Translations under genes and position numbers: made by a program
Shown here: piece by piece, positions 34,047 through 48,439 of the stretch
Numbering within the stretch: position 1 is the stretch's first letter
Layout: each line of letters opens with the position of its first letter
Assembly: GCF_041956535.1 (NCBI RefSeq)
Contig: NW_027192207.1
Coordinates: forward strand, 126,810 to 190,809
Length of the DNA stretch: 64,000 nt
Direction: 5' to 3'
From: Calcarisporiella thermophila CBS 279.70
Taxonomy: Eukaryota > Fungi > Calcarisporiellomycota
Notes under the pieces: model-generated
What the model saw: only the letters and a program-made list of their open reading frames with translations
Told to the model about the DNA's origin: nothing
Database searches by the model: none

Positions 34047-37000
34047 ATGGGAGGGGAGAAGCGTAAAATTACCTCGATCAAGAGAAGAAAAAAAGATGAA
34101 GGAGAAGATGAAGGGATTAATGTTGAAACCTCATCCACGTCGCGAAAGAAAAACCCAAAGAAACGGTATAAGGTTACCTCTAGATTTAGACTACCAAATC
34201 GCAGCAATGGACAAGGTTGGATTATCACTACCGTGTGAATAAAGTAATTCAATCAAGCTAATGAGAGATTCTTTGTCTCTTATTTTAGATCATAATGACG
34301 TGCTAGGCGTAGAGCAACGTACCAGCGGAAATTCAAACGTACATTCGCAAGAGCTCGGGGAAGAGCATTTGTCGGAGCTAGAGCAAGAAGAAGAGGCCGA
34401 ATATGTAGAATTCGGTCATCTGTTGACAAGAATTGTTGGAATCCGTTATTACACAGGCATAATTAATGTGGGGGAAATGACAGTTTTCAAGCGAGAGCCC
34501 CATAATCCTTACGATGAAAATGCTATACGAGTAGATAACATGAGTCAATTACAAGTAAGTTTGATTGTTGGCTTATAATTGCCACTTCTAAGTAGGAACA
34601 TATTGTATTAGGTCGGCCACATCCCTCGCGATAAAGCAGCAATATTAGCCCCTCTTCTTGATGCAAAAAGACTCGTAATGGAAGGTGATATTGTTTATAT
34701 TCAATTGATTATCATCAAGGATATTAAATTTTTATTGCCAGGAATTGTCTCTGGCCGTGCCCGCACTTATGATATTCCGTTGTTGCTGACGTTTTATGCG
34801 TCTCCTCACGATATCCCAAATGTAAAACGCGTGTTAGCAATGCAAGGTATTGATGTAGGCTTGCCCAAGCCTACTATTAAGATGGGAAGGCAATCTCTGC
34901 CCGTGAAAATGGACGAGTCGTGGGGTGAGCTGATGGCTGCGACGCAAAAATTGGACCAAAAGAGATCTCAGCAACTCCTTGATAAAATTGGAATAAGTGT
35001 CAAAGACCTCGGTAATATTTTATTACGGGTATCTTGGCTGTAACATTTGCTAAAGTTTCTCTAACATGACCCATGTAGCTAAACTTCAAAAAGCAAGCCA
35101 GCCAGAAAATCTTCGAACTAAACTCCTTCCTTTTCAGCTTCAGGGCCTACAATGGTTGCTTGATCATGAGCATCCACAATTGCCCGAAGGGAAAAAGATC
35201 GAACAGTTCTGGAAGGTTCAATCAAGCACTGCTGGTTCTTCCTCAAAAACTTCTGAGCCCATATATAACAACATTCTCACAAATCATTCCATGAAAACCA
35301 GGCCTAATCTTATGCGAGGCGGAATTCTGTCGGGTACGAGCATCATTATTTCGTGAACGGTCCCACTTTTTATTTTCATGAGCATTATAATAATTGCCCT
35401 GATCCCCTTAGATTCTATGGGACTCGGAAAGACGCTGCAGATTATCGCCCTGATAGTAAGCGACCCCACCGGCAAAAACCTTGTCCAAAATCCGGTGGCC
35501 TCTGATCCTAGTTACAGTAAAACTACTCTCGTAGTTGTGCCATTGAGTGTTATCGGTAATTGGGTGGTGGGTAAACTAGATTAATACAATTATTCCTGTA
35601 AAAGTTTAAACTAAGCTTCTATAGTCTTTCAGACACAATTCGCTTCACATGTCAGTCCCGAGTACGAATTCAAGGGCTATGTATACCATGGTCCCGATCG
35701 TAATGATGATCCAAAATTTCTGATGCAGCACGACTATGTTATCACCACCTACTCAACGCTGTCACAAGATGATATTCCTAAAGGAAAAGGCAAAGCGAAA
35801 GTAAGAGGGCTATTTGGTGTTAAATGGCGCCGTGTTGTGTTAGACGAGGGGTGAATTTATGAATGATCTAAGGAGATGTATTCTCGCTTCATTTAACGCC
35901 AATGCTTTTTATCTAGACATTTGATCAAAAATCATTCCACCAAGACCGCACAAGCATGCACAGCTCTCAGTGCCGAGCGCCGAATCATCCTCACTGGAAC
36001 ACCTATTCAAAACTCTCTTAATGATCTCTATTCCATGCTGAAATTCCTACACTTTTCACCGCTAGATGACAGAGATTTTTGGCGCTCGTGTATCTGGAGG
36101 CCAATGAAAATCGGGGTATTACACTAGTGGTTTTCTTCCTGTTTTCCTGTTACTTTGCGATTTATTTTTATTCTATAGAATCTTGAAGGTCTATCTCGAC
36201 TGAAAGCTCTGTTGCAGTTTATCAATCTACGGCGCACGAAGGAAATGGAGTTCAACGGCAAGCCCATCCTCCATTTGCCTCCCTGCGAATCCTTCCTATA
36301 CAAAGTCAAGTTCCCGCCAAGCTTACAGAAGAAATATACACGTCTTGAAAAAGAGGCCAAAACTCTATTGAGAGATTGCATCCAGAGTGGAGGTCAGAAT
36401 TCCGTGTTGAGTAACTATATGGTGTTTCTCTCCCTGCTTACTCGCCTGAGGCAGCTTTGTGACCACGAGGCACTCATGCCTGACGAAATTACTGAGATGC
36501 TAGAATCGGCGGCAGCAACGACGAATATAGACAAGGAGGTTCTAAAGCAGCTCATAGAAGCACTACAAATGGCAATCGACTCGAATGACGATTGTTGTAT
36601 TTGTCTCGAGACTATAAGCGAGCCAGTTGTGACACCTTGTCGTCATGTGTTCGACTTGAAATGCATCGAAAAGGTGCTGGAAGTGAACCCGAGCTGTCCA
36701 ATGTGCCGGGGAAAAGTAGAATTAAAAGAGTTGATAACAATGCCCGAAGGGAAGGAGATGGATGCTGAGTTGACTTCACGGGAGGAAAAGGGCAAACGAG
36801 TGTTAAGCTTGAGCCCGAAGATCGAAGCTTTATTAAAGTTTTTGAAAAGTAAAATGCCGCCGCTCTAATGAATCCTATGTGCTGTGATTGATTTATGTTG
36901 TATTTACAGATTCGCATACTCAAGATACCACCACTAAATCGGTTGTGTTTTCGCAATGGACCTCCTTCCTTGATCTCGTTGAGCCCCACTTGGAGGAGGC

Positions 37001-37525
37001 TGGCCTCCAGTATGTTAGGCTTGATGGAAAGGTGAGCACATTCGAGGAAGATATCGTGACACAATAAAAAGTGGGCAACTATATAAGAGCCTTTCTTTTT
37101 TACTCTAGATGCCGAGTGTCAAGCGAGAAGCTGCTATCGATGCATTCCAGACGGATCCGAATGTGACCGTGTTTCTTATGAGCCTGAAATGCGGCAGCTT
37201 GGGCTTGAACCTCACCGCCGCCAATCAAGTTTTCTTGCTCGACCCTTGGTGGAATCCTGCAGTGGAGGACCAGGCCACAGACCGCATTTATCGCCTCGGT
37301 CAGACGCGTCCCGTGCGGATCTTCCGGCTCGTAATAGAAAATACGGTCGAGGACCGTGTAATAGAGCGGCAAAACATTAAGCGTAAGCTGGCTGCACAGG
37401 CGCTCGGAGATACACAAAAAGGGAATGTTGAGCGGGGATGCGAGCAGCGTATGGATGATTTAATGGCATTATTATTGGCCGATGAATCTCCTGGGGCCTC
37501 CTCCGCCGGTAACAGTGGTAAATAA
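34047..37525 (+). CDS. HLTF/Rad5-family SNF2 helicase-E3 ligase (HIRAN, SNF2_N, RING, HELICc); multi-exon
   Basis: HIRAN: [26 protein letters not shown]. Helicase: [28 protein letters not shown] and [38 protein letters not shown]: CCICLE..TPCRHVF..CPMCR. Confidence 0.92.
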
Positions 37526-37998
37526 CATAGCCATGCTCACATATAGCGTGTCTGCGAAATTTGGTTTATTCAGCGGGAACGAGGGTGGGGCATTGATTGA
37601 AAAAGCAAAGTATGGTTCCGTTTTACTGAGCTCGTTTGTAAAGACACATCAATTGTGCAACAAAATAAAATGATCGGCTTCTGATTTTTGTATTAATTAG
37701 CGAATTTTATTACTTGAAAATAATGAGTAATAATATATATGAAGAAAAAGTCAATAATAATATATAGATACAAGAGCAAAAAAACGTGGAACTATATTTT
37801 GAAAAAAAAAAAAGTCTCTTGAATGGCTCAAGACCAAAAATAGCTTGAAGCAGGATGAAAGAAAAAAAAATATAAAAAAAAAGATAAGGTATATTCATTT
37901 ACACAAAAATAAAAGAAATGTAGTGTCAAAAAAAGTTAGCCTAAAAGGAGGATTAAAAAATATATATAATATAATATAATATAGAGAGAGGAAGCAAA

Positions 37999-40772
37999 TT
38001 AATTTATATAGCAAAGGTTCAATGCGTGCACTTCCTTAGCCAGCACGCTCCAAAAGATACTCCGTCGGCCGCGAAGACGATGTTCATGCTGCAGTAGTTC
38101 GTACATAAACTTAAGGTTGGGTTGGATGATGACGTTAAGCCGGCGTGCACGAACATAGAGATAGGCTTGGGCGAGAGAGAGGTTCAAGTGATACATCACA
38201 TAAGCGATAACAATCGTGGCAGAACGGGACACACCAACTCGGCAGTGAACAAGAACCGTGCCGTTTTGACGACGTGCGTTTTCTAGATATACACAATAAA
38301 AAGCATGAATGCCTAGATTTTAAGGGTGATTCTCAATATGTAGCTCAACAATACCTATAAATTCCACACATTCATCAATGTAATGCCACAGAGAGTCGAT
38401 ACCATCGTCGAAGCAGTTCTCCACAAACTTCAGCTCAAATGTATCGCGTGGCAAGTTTGCAAACTCCCCTACGCTCACCACGTGGGTTATTCCGAGCGCA
38501 CGGAGCATGGCTGGGTTAGACGCGTGATTTAAATTACCAAGATACAGAAACGGTTGGATACGGGAGGGAAAACTGCCTTCAAACTGTGGAACGTAGAACC
38601 ATGGAAATCGTTCTCTAGACTCGCGCTGAAGAACATCTAGTGCCGGGTCTCCTGCGAATGGATCAGTGCCATATATGAGACCAGAGCATGGCGCGGCCAG
38701 AATCATGGGGGGTACATCTGAGAAGTTCCCGAATGCCTCAAGATCAGAATCGTCATCATCGTCATCCTCCACGATATCATCGTCGTCCTCAATAATGACA
38801 TCCTCACTACCGTCATCTTCATCATCAATAGCCTCACAGAGTTCCATTTCTTTATCCTCTTCATTGTCTTGGTTTGCATGTGTGTTTGCCGAATTGAGCT
38901 CTCCGGAAGCTCCATTCTCGTGAGATCCAGTATCACCATCTGCTAAATTGCTCTGATGATCATGATTTGTCGCTTTCTCAGTATCATTTGTATTGGGGGT
39001 CTGCTTGCCATTGTTGCCTGATTCTGAACTGATTGGGCTTGGCTCTTGTGCTCCATGTCCATTTATTTTCTTTGTCTGCTTTCCTACTCCATTCTGATCT
39101 GCCTCAGCCGGTCGCTTCGCTACTCCATTTCCGGAGCCAAGTATATCAGACAAGGAATCTTTGCCCAGTATAAGTCGCCATATCCGTGTTTCTATCCGTT
39201 TAAGCACCTCTAGATCAACGGCGTACACAAAAAAACTTCTAGTTTCCTGGAGCTTTAAATAGGCTTCAGGAAGTCGAAGATGGAACTTATACATCAACCA
39301 TGATAACGCAAGCAGGGATGTTTCAGTGTAACCATCTTGGCAATGAATAAGGATATTCTGGGCTCGCGACGCTTGGTCGTCCATGAATGCAAGCAAATGC
39401 AGCAGTCGATGCATAAAGTCCTCAAACATAGCTGGCGTGGTCAGTCCAGCCCCCGAGGAAAGCATGTCCAGGTGAATAAGCTCTGGCGGGGGTTTTGACG
39501 TCGTCACCAAAAAGTCATTGATGGTCTCGCGCGCAAGCGTTAGTGTGCTCGGAGTGGGCATCTCAGCAAGTTCATGAGCTTCAATGCAAATGCTGATATT
39601 ATGGGGATTGTGGCTGTGCCCCTCGTGATTGAGAGTGGGTGCAGGGGGATCGCCATCCAACGTTTGGTCTTGCGATTTGGCTGCAAATTCCGGTGACTGC
39701 AATTGGCCTGCTGATTCAATATCCATTGCCACAGGATCAAGAGCAGGTAGAGAGGGCACATTTTGAGTGTTGCCGAGCTGCAGGGATGCGGGGGGAAGAG
39801 GAAAATGTAAATAATATTCAGGAAGGAAAGGAAAGAGTTAGATATAGATACCCATATATGAGGGCTAATTTCTGAAGCCGTTGTTAAAAGCCGCATCTCC
39901 TCGCGCTCTTCCTCCCAGAAGTTGAATTTGTTCACAGGCATACCCTTACTATCCAATAGAACCAGAGAGGGGAATTGTTCCTCAATAACGGAAAAAGGAT
40001 CTGAAGCATAACCAAAAATAAAGGAAGAAGGGCCTTTAGTTGAGCGCTGGAGGGTTAAAGTTAATCATTTAGGCGGGTTACCAGTTATAACAAAAGTGTG
40101 ATATTCTAGTTTAGGTCTTGTAGAGGGGTCAGCACGCAAGGCCTGCTGTGCCCAAGATATCTGCTTTGCAATTTCTAGCACTTTCTCATCCACGCCGTTC
40201 TCCCCATACACCACAATATCAGAAATCAGCGCATACTTCGCAACTTGAATTTTGAAATTTCGTAAATTGATTAAAGGCTCACTGTTTTCGCTCTGGACGA
40301 AATTGCGCTGATCAGTTGGTTGTTGCTCATCTGCATTGGAAGAAACTGCATCAACAGATGGAGGCGGAGTAGCCGCGGTTGCTGATGCGAGAATCTCTCC
40401 AGGCAACACTGATCCGACAATGGAGCACCTTCTTACATCATCACCCCCGTGCACTACTGTCAGACCCCGATGTTGCGGAATTTCCACTTTTGTTACGTTG
40501 AAGAACAGATTTTGGTGGTAATTCTTGCCATCAACGCCATGTAACCAAGGGAAGAGAATGTCATTTGGAAGCGGAGTGCGGTGGTAGAGGTCCTGGATTT
40601 CGAAGTAGTAAGATGCGGTGACCCCGTATATGGATGGATTGTCGCAGATCAGCTCACATCGGGAGAGATCTACGCTGAATTCAGTACCAGCTGTTTCGGC
40701 GGATTGAGGCGTGGGCGCTTTCATCAAATCCTCTTTGATTAAGATGTCGCTTTGAGCCATGAGTTCATTCAC
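37999..40772 (-). CDS. PPS1: Pps1-like dual-specificity protein phosphatase; multi-exon
   Basis: [17 protein letters not shown], degenerate first motif [26 protein letters not shown], active site [14 protein letters not shown] and [13 protein letters not shown]. Confidence 0.88.
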
Positions 40773-41907
40773 ACCAGGAAAATGAAACGATTATAATAGA
40801 ATACGGTAGCTGACTCAAAATGGCAATGGTTTGGAGAGAAAGTCCAGGAACATGTAGCAGCAGTATGCTCTCAGCACTCGATTCTTTGTTCTCCCCTTGC
40901 AACTTGCGATTGCTGTGACACAAGTTTCGCGAGAATAAGGTGGGAATGAAAATTGGACGGTTGCAAGATGGTGGCTTGGATCTCGATTGGAGATTTTCCT
41001 TCAAGCCTGTCTCTTCCCGAGAAGAGGCGACTGATTGGAGAGGACTGAAACCTCAGCAATTCCTCGGGCTAGATCAAACAAATAGTATATAGTTTCGGTT
41101 AGCTGAGCGCCCTAGGAACGCTAGCACGGTTCCTCATGAACTTCCGTAGCAATTGGCTTGGAAGTACTGTGGAAGGGGGATGGAGTTCAGGAATAATAAG
41201 AGCCATTGTCAAGTGTGAAGCTTGCTAACACGTTCAATATAGCAATTGGTTATTATTCGCAAACAATATGCGCAGTTTTTATTTAAGACCTGTTTGGGTG
41301 CGAGCAATGGGGAAATCTCAGGAGAAAAAAAAAAATTGGCCAACAGGTTTTACAATTGTTATTGTTAGACTAGACCGATACATCTCACAGCCAGAATGGG
41401 ACCCCTACTTGAATAACGCAGAGATGCTTGGAAACTCAACGATATTTTCAAAAAGACAGATTGAATTCTATTTTAAATTTTCCGAGGATTTGAAAGGCTT
41501 CCCTTATTGTGCTCGTGTTTGTAGCCAATCTTAATAAAAGATATTCGTGGCATCAAACCGATATAACCATATATTTCAATTCTGATGATAATATCATCTG
41601 TGCCTAGTCCAATCACGATATCATCGTGAGCACTGCGTCTTTTTTAAAGCAAGTTCGATTCCTTTTTCGACTGAGTAGCTCGGGAGGCTCAAGTAGTTTG
41701 AATGACAGGAAAAGCTTAAATCAAGATTCTAACTTGTTTCAACAGCAGCCTTGATCTACAATTTTCATATCGGGATTATGTACACAATATTAAGATATTT
41801 TGTGTATTTGCTCGTTCTATTATAGCTTTTTATAACCAATTCCTTATATAAAAATTCGCCTGCAGTCTGGGATTCATCCCCCCATAACCGATTGCTCCAC
41901 CCCTCCT

Positions 41908-44656
41908 TCATTCATTAAGTTTAGCTTGGAAAGCTGAGGAAGTGTCCAACTTAATCACTTCACGGAGTGCCATAGTCGCATACTGGCTGGTTTTTAGGGT
42001 AAGTTGGAGGCGTAGTGCGAGATATTTCCCATCTAAATCGAAATAGGTTTCAATATGTAAATTTACGTCTTTAAATTGACGAAAGAGTAAAATGTTTACC
42101 TGCCACTCCTTGAGGCTCTGGGACATTCTCCAGAATTTCAAGGTCAGTTCTACAGAGGGGAAGGTTTGGGTCATCATAGCGGAGCAGCGACCTTGGAAAA
42201 TATAAAGAAATTAAGTAATAGGTATACTAGGCCATATTAATATAAAATTTAAATTACCACGAGACGTTTCCGGGTTTAGAAACTATATTGCGGTAATTGC
42301 CGGAAAGTGAATAATCCCTGTGAATCCTCAAAATTATCAATCTCTTCTTACTTCATATGCAGTTAGTTGGTAAACCTACTTTATATTTCGCCTCATATTA
42401 TAAGGATCGAGCCCATCTTGCTGCATAGCCTCCTTATACATCTCTCCAATATCATTAGCTGGATATGTCACGTCATACCCGGGACAAGGAAGTACAACAT
42501 CGTATATTGTGTAATCTGCAATGTCCTTCTCATCCAATATTTTAATTTTCACGTCTTTCACCTTTGGTTTCGTCTCAACTGTCTCTGCTGCCACCTCTTC
42601 GGATTCAATGGAATCATCGTCTCCCTCCTTTACAAGGACGATGTCTCCTGGAACTGGTACGCACCCATACTTGCGAATGCGCTCGGAGGTCATTTTGTTC
42701 CAAATGTAAGATTGATAGGCATGTACGTACATAAGTCTTAAATTACGTGGAATCTAGGACGGATTGGAGTTATAAGTGATGTAGCTCACATAATAAACAG
42801 ATAAGTCCTACTAACCATACTAAAGGCGCCAAGGAAGTCTTTCATATGCCCTTTCTTGACAAATGCGTTCAAAATTGAAGTTTCTGCGACACAGCCTTTC
42901 GAAAATAGTTTCAATGCTGCACTCGGGTCCCGGTATTCCTTCCAATGCAGCCGCGCTTTTTGGTAGTCTTCTCTCTCTACCATCATAAATAACAGTTGGC
43001 TTAATGAAGTTTGGAAACAACGAAATAAAATTCAACCCACCTCCATCCCTAGGATCCATGACTAAATTCACTGCTTCCTCCCACTGTTCCCTCAACAAGG
43101 CAATACCGATTTTGTGGGTTGACACTGAACTCGTTCCAAAACGTTGCATACCGAAATAATTGATGAAGCCGCGGTCTTTTAATGAGATCATGGCTTGATT
43201 TATCGCGTCTTCAGATTCAGCTTTGATATTTCTGGAAAATGGTTTGAGTTCCGCTATTCATCATTTTAATAAAATCTCTAAAACTTCATCCAACCTTAAG
43301 ACTATTTTAAATTGGTTTCCTTTCAAGTCTCCTAACCGCAGAGATCGTTCAACGTATCTAGCATTGCCAAAAGAAATAAGCAGCCGGTTGAATACACTCG
43401 AATGAAGCAATTTTACTTGAAATCACCAAACCGAATTCCATGCCACTTTCCATTCATGTTTGCCAGGCGCTCCGCCTTGAGTTTATGGGCTGTGACCCTC
43501 TGTACGGTTACTCCACGTTTATCCTTTGTGCCTGCATAGCCAAAAATACGACTTGTAGTTCTAGTGAAGATAAAATAATATCGGTTGTCAATGACTGCCT
43601 CCATAATTGTAGTGGCTACTAACATACTTTAATGTTTTACAGATCAGGTTGATTGCCTCCATGGTGTCGCGATTTTCTTTATACAGGCTGAAGCTGCAAA
43701 ACTGTCCTCCAAGTGAATCCCATGATAAATCCTTTGGTCTATTTCGCTTATCTAGTGGTAAAGACATCGAGCTGAGATAATTGACGGATAAATGGTAAAT
43801 TAGAGCTGTTTGCTTACCTCGAAGATCTTTTTTAGTCTTGAATCTAATTCTAATGGATTTTTCACTAGTCTCTGTGACAAGCTTATCACCGTAATACTTT
43901 TTGAAGAAATTGTGAATTTCAGTGCGCTTTTGCTTATCTTCCACTGGCTGAAGAACAAAGAGCAAATAGCAGTGAAACCAATTTCCTTCACACATACATT
44001 TTAGTGCCGTTCTTACCTTAGTTAAGACAAATGTGGGGTCGGAGCCGTTGCTTTCAAGCAGTTTATGTAAAAGCACAATTGTCTCATCATCGAGAACCTT
44101 CTTCATATCTGCGCTTATTTCTTCAGGGCTCGCTCTTGTCTGACAAAGAAATCGAATGCTATCAAAAGAATGGTCATTTGTGGGCTAAAATATAACTTTA
44201 CTTGATCTTCGTCTTTTTCTACGGCTAACTCGGGGGGCGTGAGTTGAGTAAGATAGACTACTTGTCCGTCCTGGTCTACTTCATTGACAATGAAATCCGA
44301 ATACCTTAAAATGATAAGAATAATTTAATGTTAACACTCATTCCTTCAAAATACAAAACATCACAGCAGAATTACCGCTGTTTAATAACTCCAGAAAATC
44401 CAGGGATCGTCGCATCGACGTACTCAGTTATCCCAACGTCAACCTCTCTGATGCGTGGGAATTCCCTCGACTGTTTGTGAGTGTCATTATCTACAGCTAT
44501 TGTCTCGCTAGTCTCAGCTGTGTCTAATGCCGAAGGGGATGTTGTCTCTAAACGTAGCTTTTTGGCTGGATGTGGGCTGGTCTCATCTTCGGTGGATGCC
44601 CGCTTCACCTCCTCCGCCGCAACTACAGCACCGGTCATCGGTGATTGTCCCTCCAT
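41908..44656 (-). CDS. PUS7: Pseudouridine synthase 7 (TruD family); multi-exon
   Basis: EVDVGITEY..GFSGVIKQRYSDF, GYAGTKDKRGVT, GFINYFGMQRFG, MYVHAYQSY and SQYATMALRE. Confidence 0.95.
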
Positions 44657-45005
44657 AATTAACTAATGTTTCCTGCTATGGATAGAAAACTACATAAGCA
44701 AATCAATTCTGAGCCTGAAATGGACAAGCCACTGCAAAATTCGAGTTCTCTTGCAGCAACTCTTTTAATCAATCAATCTTTATTACTGTGTAAACTGCAC
44801 TTGGTGTTGCGTGTTGTATTGAAAATAATGACCGATTCTCTAGTCCTTCACATGCATTAGCATTACTAAGATTTAATTTGATTTCTGAAAAAAATAATAA
44901 TCATTTTCACATTTGTTTAAGGAACTTTCTAGTTTTTAATTCCAATATACACTCTCCCCTCCCCTCTCCCTCTACCTTCTCTTCTTTCCTCACAAACACT
45001 TCCCC

Positions 45006-47651
45006 ATGACGTCCGAGCGCCGTGAAAACCGGCTGCCGGACGCAGGGTCCGTCAGCGCTTATCGTCTCTATCCAGAGCAACAGCAGTCCCATGGCTGTCC
45101 TCACTTGGTGTCACCCAAGGGTAAAGCGTCGCGTCAGAAGGGCATTCCTCCCCTAATTGATGCCTATGCCATGGTCGTACGCTATTCTCTTGCTTGTAAA
45201 TTCCGCAATAACCGAGAGATAAGAGAGAAGAATTTGCGTAATGGCACAAATGACACTGCTGGGGTTAAGAAACGAAAGCGGAGTGGAGAGGTAATGAATC
45301 TTGGCTAATAGCTATAGAACATCTTGATTTATCATTGCTTGGACACAAAACAACGCTTCTTGTGAAAAATGGGATTGTGGAAATGGTGCAAGCAGTTCAA
45401 GCATTATAGCAACCATGCATAGCCAGTCCCTATTTTTCAGCTGATGTGTCAAGAAGATTCGTTTTTTATTGGAATTTTTGGCATGTTGTATATGTTTCGA
45501 GGCACTCATTCACACAATTTTTTCTCCCTTACTTCTCTTTAGCCTCCATTTCTTCAATGCGTCTCGTGCGGAGACATAATGGGCTTAACACATATTTGTC
45601 TCGATTGTTTGTACATGGGTTGTTCTCGCAGACAACATATTCAATCCCATCTCTCCACTACAGGTCACAAATTTGGTAAGTTCTGAAGCTTTGGATCCTA
45701 ACTTCTGGTGGAGCGAAGTTTGATGTTTCCTGGCCTCCTCTTCTAGCCGTAGAAACCTCCAAGGGCTCCTTATATTGCGCCGAGTGCAGCGACTACATAT
45801 ACGATATAGAATTTGAGCACGTCCTGCTACGAGAAGCATTTAATATCGATAATAGACTAAACCCTGTTCGTGGTAAGTGCACTTAGAGCCTCTTCAAACC
45901 AAACGCCCAGGTTTGCTAAAGCACTGGTTGCCACTAGATCCCTCGACAAAACGCTCAAAACAGCTTGAGTGGAAGCCAAACGAGGATGAACTTAAACTGT
46001 TAATTACCAATGCGCAACTCGCACCATGTCATGGTGAGTTTTACAACAGCGCTAGCCTTGGTGCGTGCAAATTACTAATCTTCCGATCTCTCGATATTTT
46101 GAATAGGTCTTCGAGGGCTTCGCAACATGGGCAGCACATGCTTCATGAACGTGATCCTGCAATCCTTTATCCACAATCCCCTACTTCGCTCCCATTTCCT
46201 CTCTGATCAGCATAACTACAGATTATGTCAATCTAAGAGCAACTGTATGTGTTGCGAGATGGACAAACTGTTCTCCCAGGTATCTATTGTTTTTTTCCTC
46301 CAAGTATCTTATGGATAAACGGCTCTATAACTCCCATTACCAACCTTTCTTTTGCTATCTAGTTCTATTCCGGAGAGAAACACCCATACGGGCCGTGCAG
46401 TTTCTTACACACAATGTGGTTGTCTTCTACGGAACTTGCAGGCTATGCTCAGCAGGATGCACATGAATTTTTTATCAGCGCGCTGAACCAAATACACAGT
46501 TCGTCTCCAGGTGTGTAAAGTCGAAACCCCAATTATTCCTAACCAAGTTGAGCTAATCATTCATGTTCCAATCCGTCGTAGGCTCCTCTAACATTGATTG
46601 TCAATGCATTGTCCACAAGACCTTTTCAGGTCTCCTGCAGTCGGATGTCACGTGTTTACGATGTGGCAACGTAACTACAGTATGCGATCCCATGTTGGAT
46701 ATTAGTTTGGATTTCCGTACCGGCGTACGACGAAAAAAGAATGGGGGGACTGCAACTCCCACTGATCCAAACCCCGGACCAAATTCGTTGTTGGATTGCT
46801 TAGACAGGTTTGTGCTTCTACATTGCGTCCGCAGGCTTCGATTGCTCTATCTCTAAAGTGCCACTTCTCTGTTTTGCTTTTCCTACTCCAGATATACTCA
46901 GTCAGAGAAGCTAGGCCCAAATGTTTATAGCTGCAGTAAATGTAATAACACTTTTCAGGAGGCGGTTAAGCAGCTTTCAATAAAGCGGCTACCCATGGTA
47001 TTAAGCATCCAGCTAAAGGTAAGAATCGTTTACCGAATTATGTTCTTAATTTTCGACCTCCGAGAAAAAGCTCAACCCTTTTGTTTTCTGCGACATCACT
47101 TAGCGATATGAGCATTCTGCGAGTGCTTTTAAGATTGAGACGATGATCCGATTTCCAGAGGTCCTGGATATGACCCCCTACACCACCTCTGCAAAACGCG
47201 CGTCTATGAATGGTGATGCGAACAACAAGGGATCCGAGCTGCGGCATATTTATCGACTTTTCGCGGTGATCAACCATGAAGGGAAGATGGATACCGGGCA
47301 TTACACCATGTTTGCTAAGCATCGTGGAGAGGTAGGAGCGAGATTCTCGCGCAATCCAAACTAACCATGACGTCCTAATGAATTTCATTGTAATTTATTA
47401 CGTTGTAGTGGTTTTTCATTGATGACCACAAGATCTTGCTCTCTTCAGCGAGCTATGCGTTGAACAGTAAAGCGTGAGTATCCGGGATTCACTCTTCTTT
47501 GAATTCGAGTTCTCAACTCCTCTCCAATAGGTATATGTGTTTCTACATTCGCGAGTCGCTTATTTATAGCACTTCCCATCCACTTGATCAGCCCCAGTTT
47601 GTCGTAGACTCGCTGCCTTCTTCACCTGCCTCAGACGACAGTGACAGTTAG
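45006..47651 (+). CDS. UBP8: SAGA deubiquitinase Ubp8/USP22 (ZnF-UBP + USP domain); multi-exon
   Basis: GCPHL, LYCAECSDYIYD, Cys box GLRNMGSTCFMNVILQ, QQDAHEF, CQCIVH..F.G.LQSDVTC and His box HEGKMDTGHY. Confidence 0.92.
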
Positions 47652-48439
47652 GATCCCCGTATCTATCTTCAACCATCTTGTATATTTAAAAATTCTTAGG
47701 TACTTGAAGGGAAATGGAGCTCGGGTTGCTGATAATTGGACTTTTTTATTTTCCTCTCTGCCTTTTTTTTACTATCTTATTCCGGTGGGTCCTTTATAAA
47801 AGACATTTAACGTTTTTTTTTACTCTTTTTCTTTACTCTTCTTTTATACAAAATTTCATACGCATACGTTATTTTATTTTATTTTTTATTTTGGCCCCAA
47901 ACTTATCTTAACAAATCCGCTCTACTAAGCTCTTATCTCTTTTTGGTTGGATTTTCTTTGATGATGTACAGCTTAAGAAATATATATTGAATAGATAGAA
48001 TTGAGTGTGAAATATTTCTTTATTGTTGGTCCACATTTTATGGTATGTTTGATTGGGACTATTGAATCAAAAACCAAGAAAATGCTGTATTATATTCAAG
48101 AAATGCACGCTATCAAGTGTAGAATTTTAAAGGTTAAATAAAGCCAAAAATCAATCAAACTCCTTTTACTACAGTGATAAATGCTTCTCAAATATAAAAC
48201 AGTAATCGAAGAAAGAAGTATATCAAACACACGCATGTATATGTATAATATATATAATTTATATTTATAAGGAGAGGATAAAAAGATTGAGATTGCTCGT
48301 CACCGAGGGTCGAATCGAGAGCTGAAAAAAATACTCTAAGAATAATCTAAAATATTTATAAATCGGAATAAAAAAAAAGTATAGAATCTAGGCAGAATCC
48401 AAAATCCTCTAGACGTATTAGATAGAGAAGAGAGGCAGC

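Noticed and set aside
39320-39350. Degenerate phosphatase motif [10 protein letters not shown] as a possible novel pseudo-active site
   Set aside because: This is a typical feature of fungal Pps1-family proteins.
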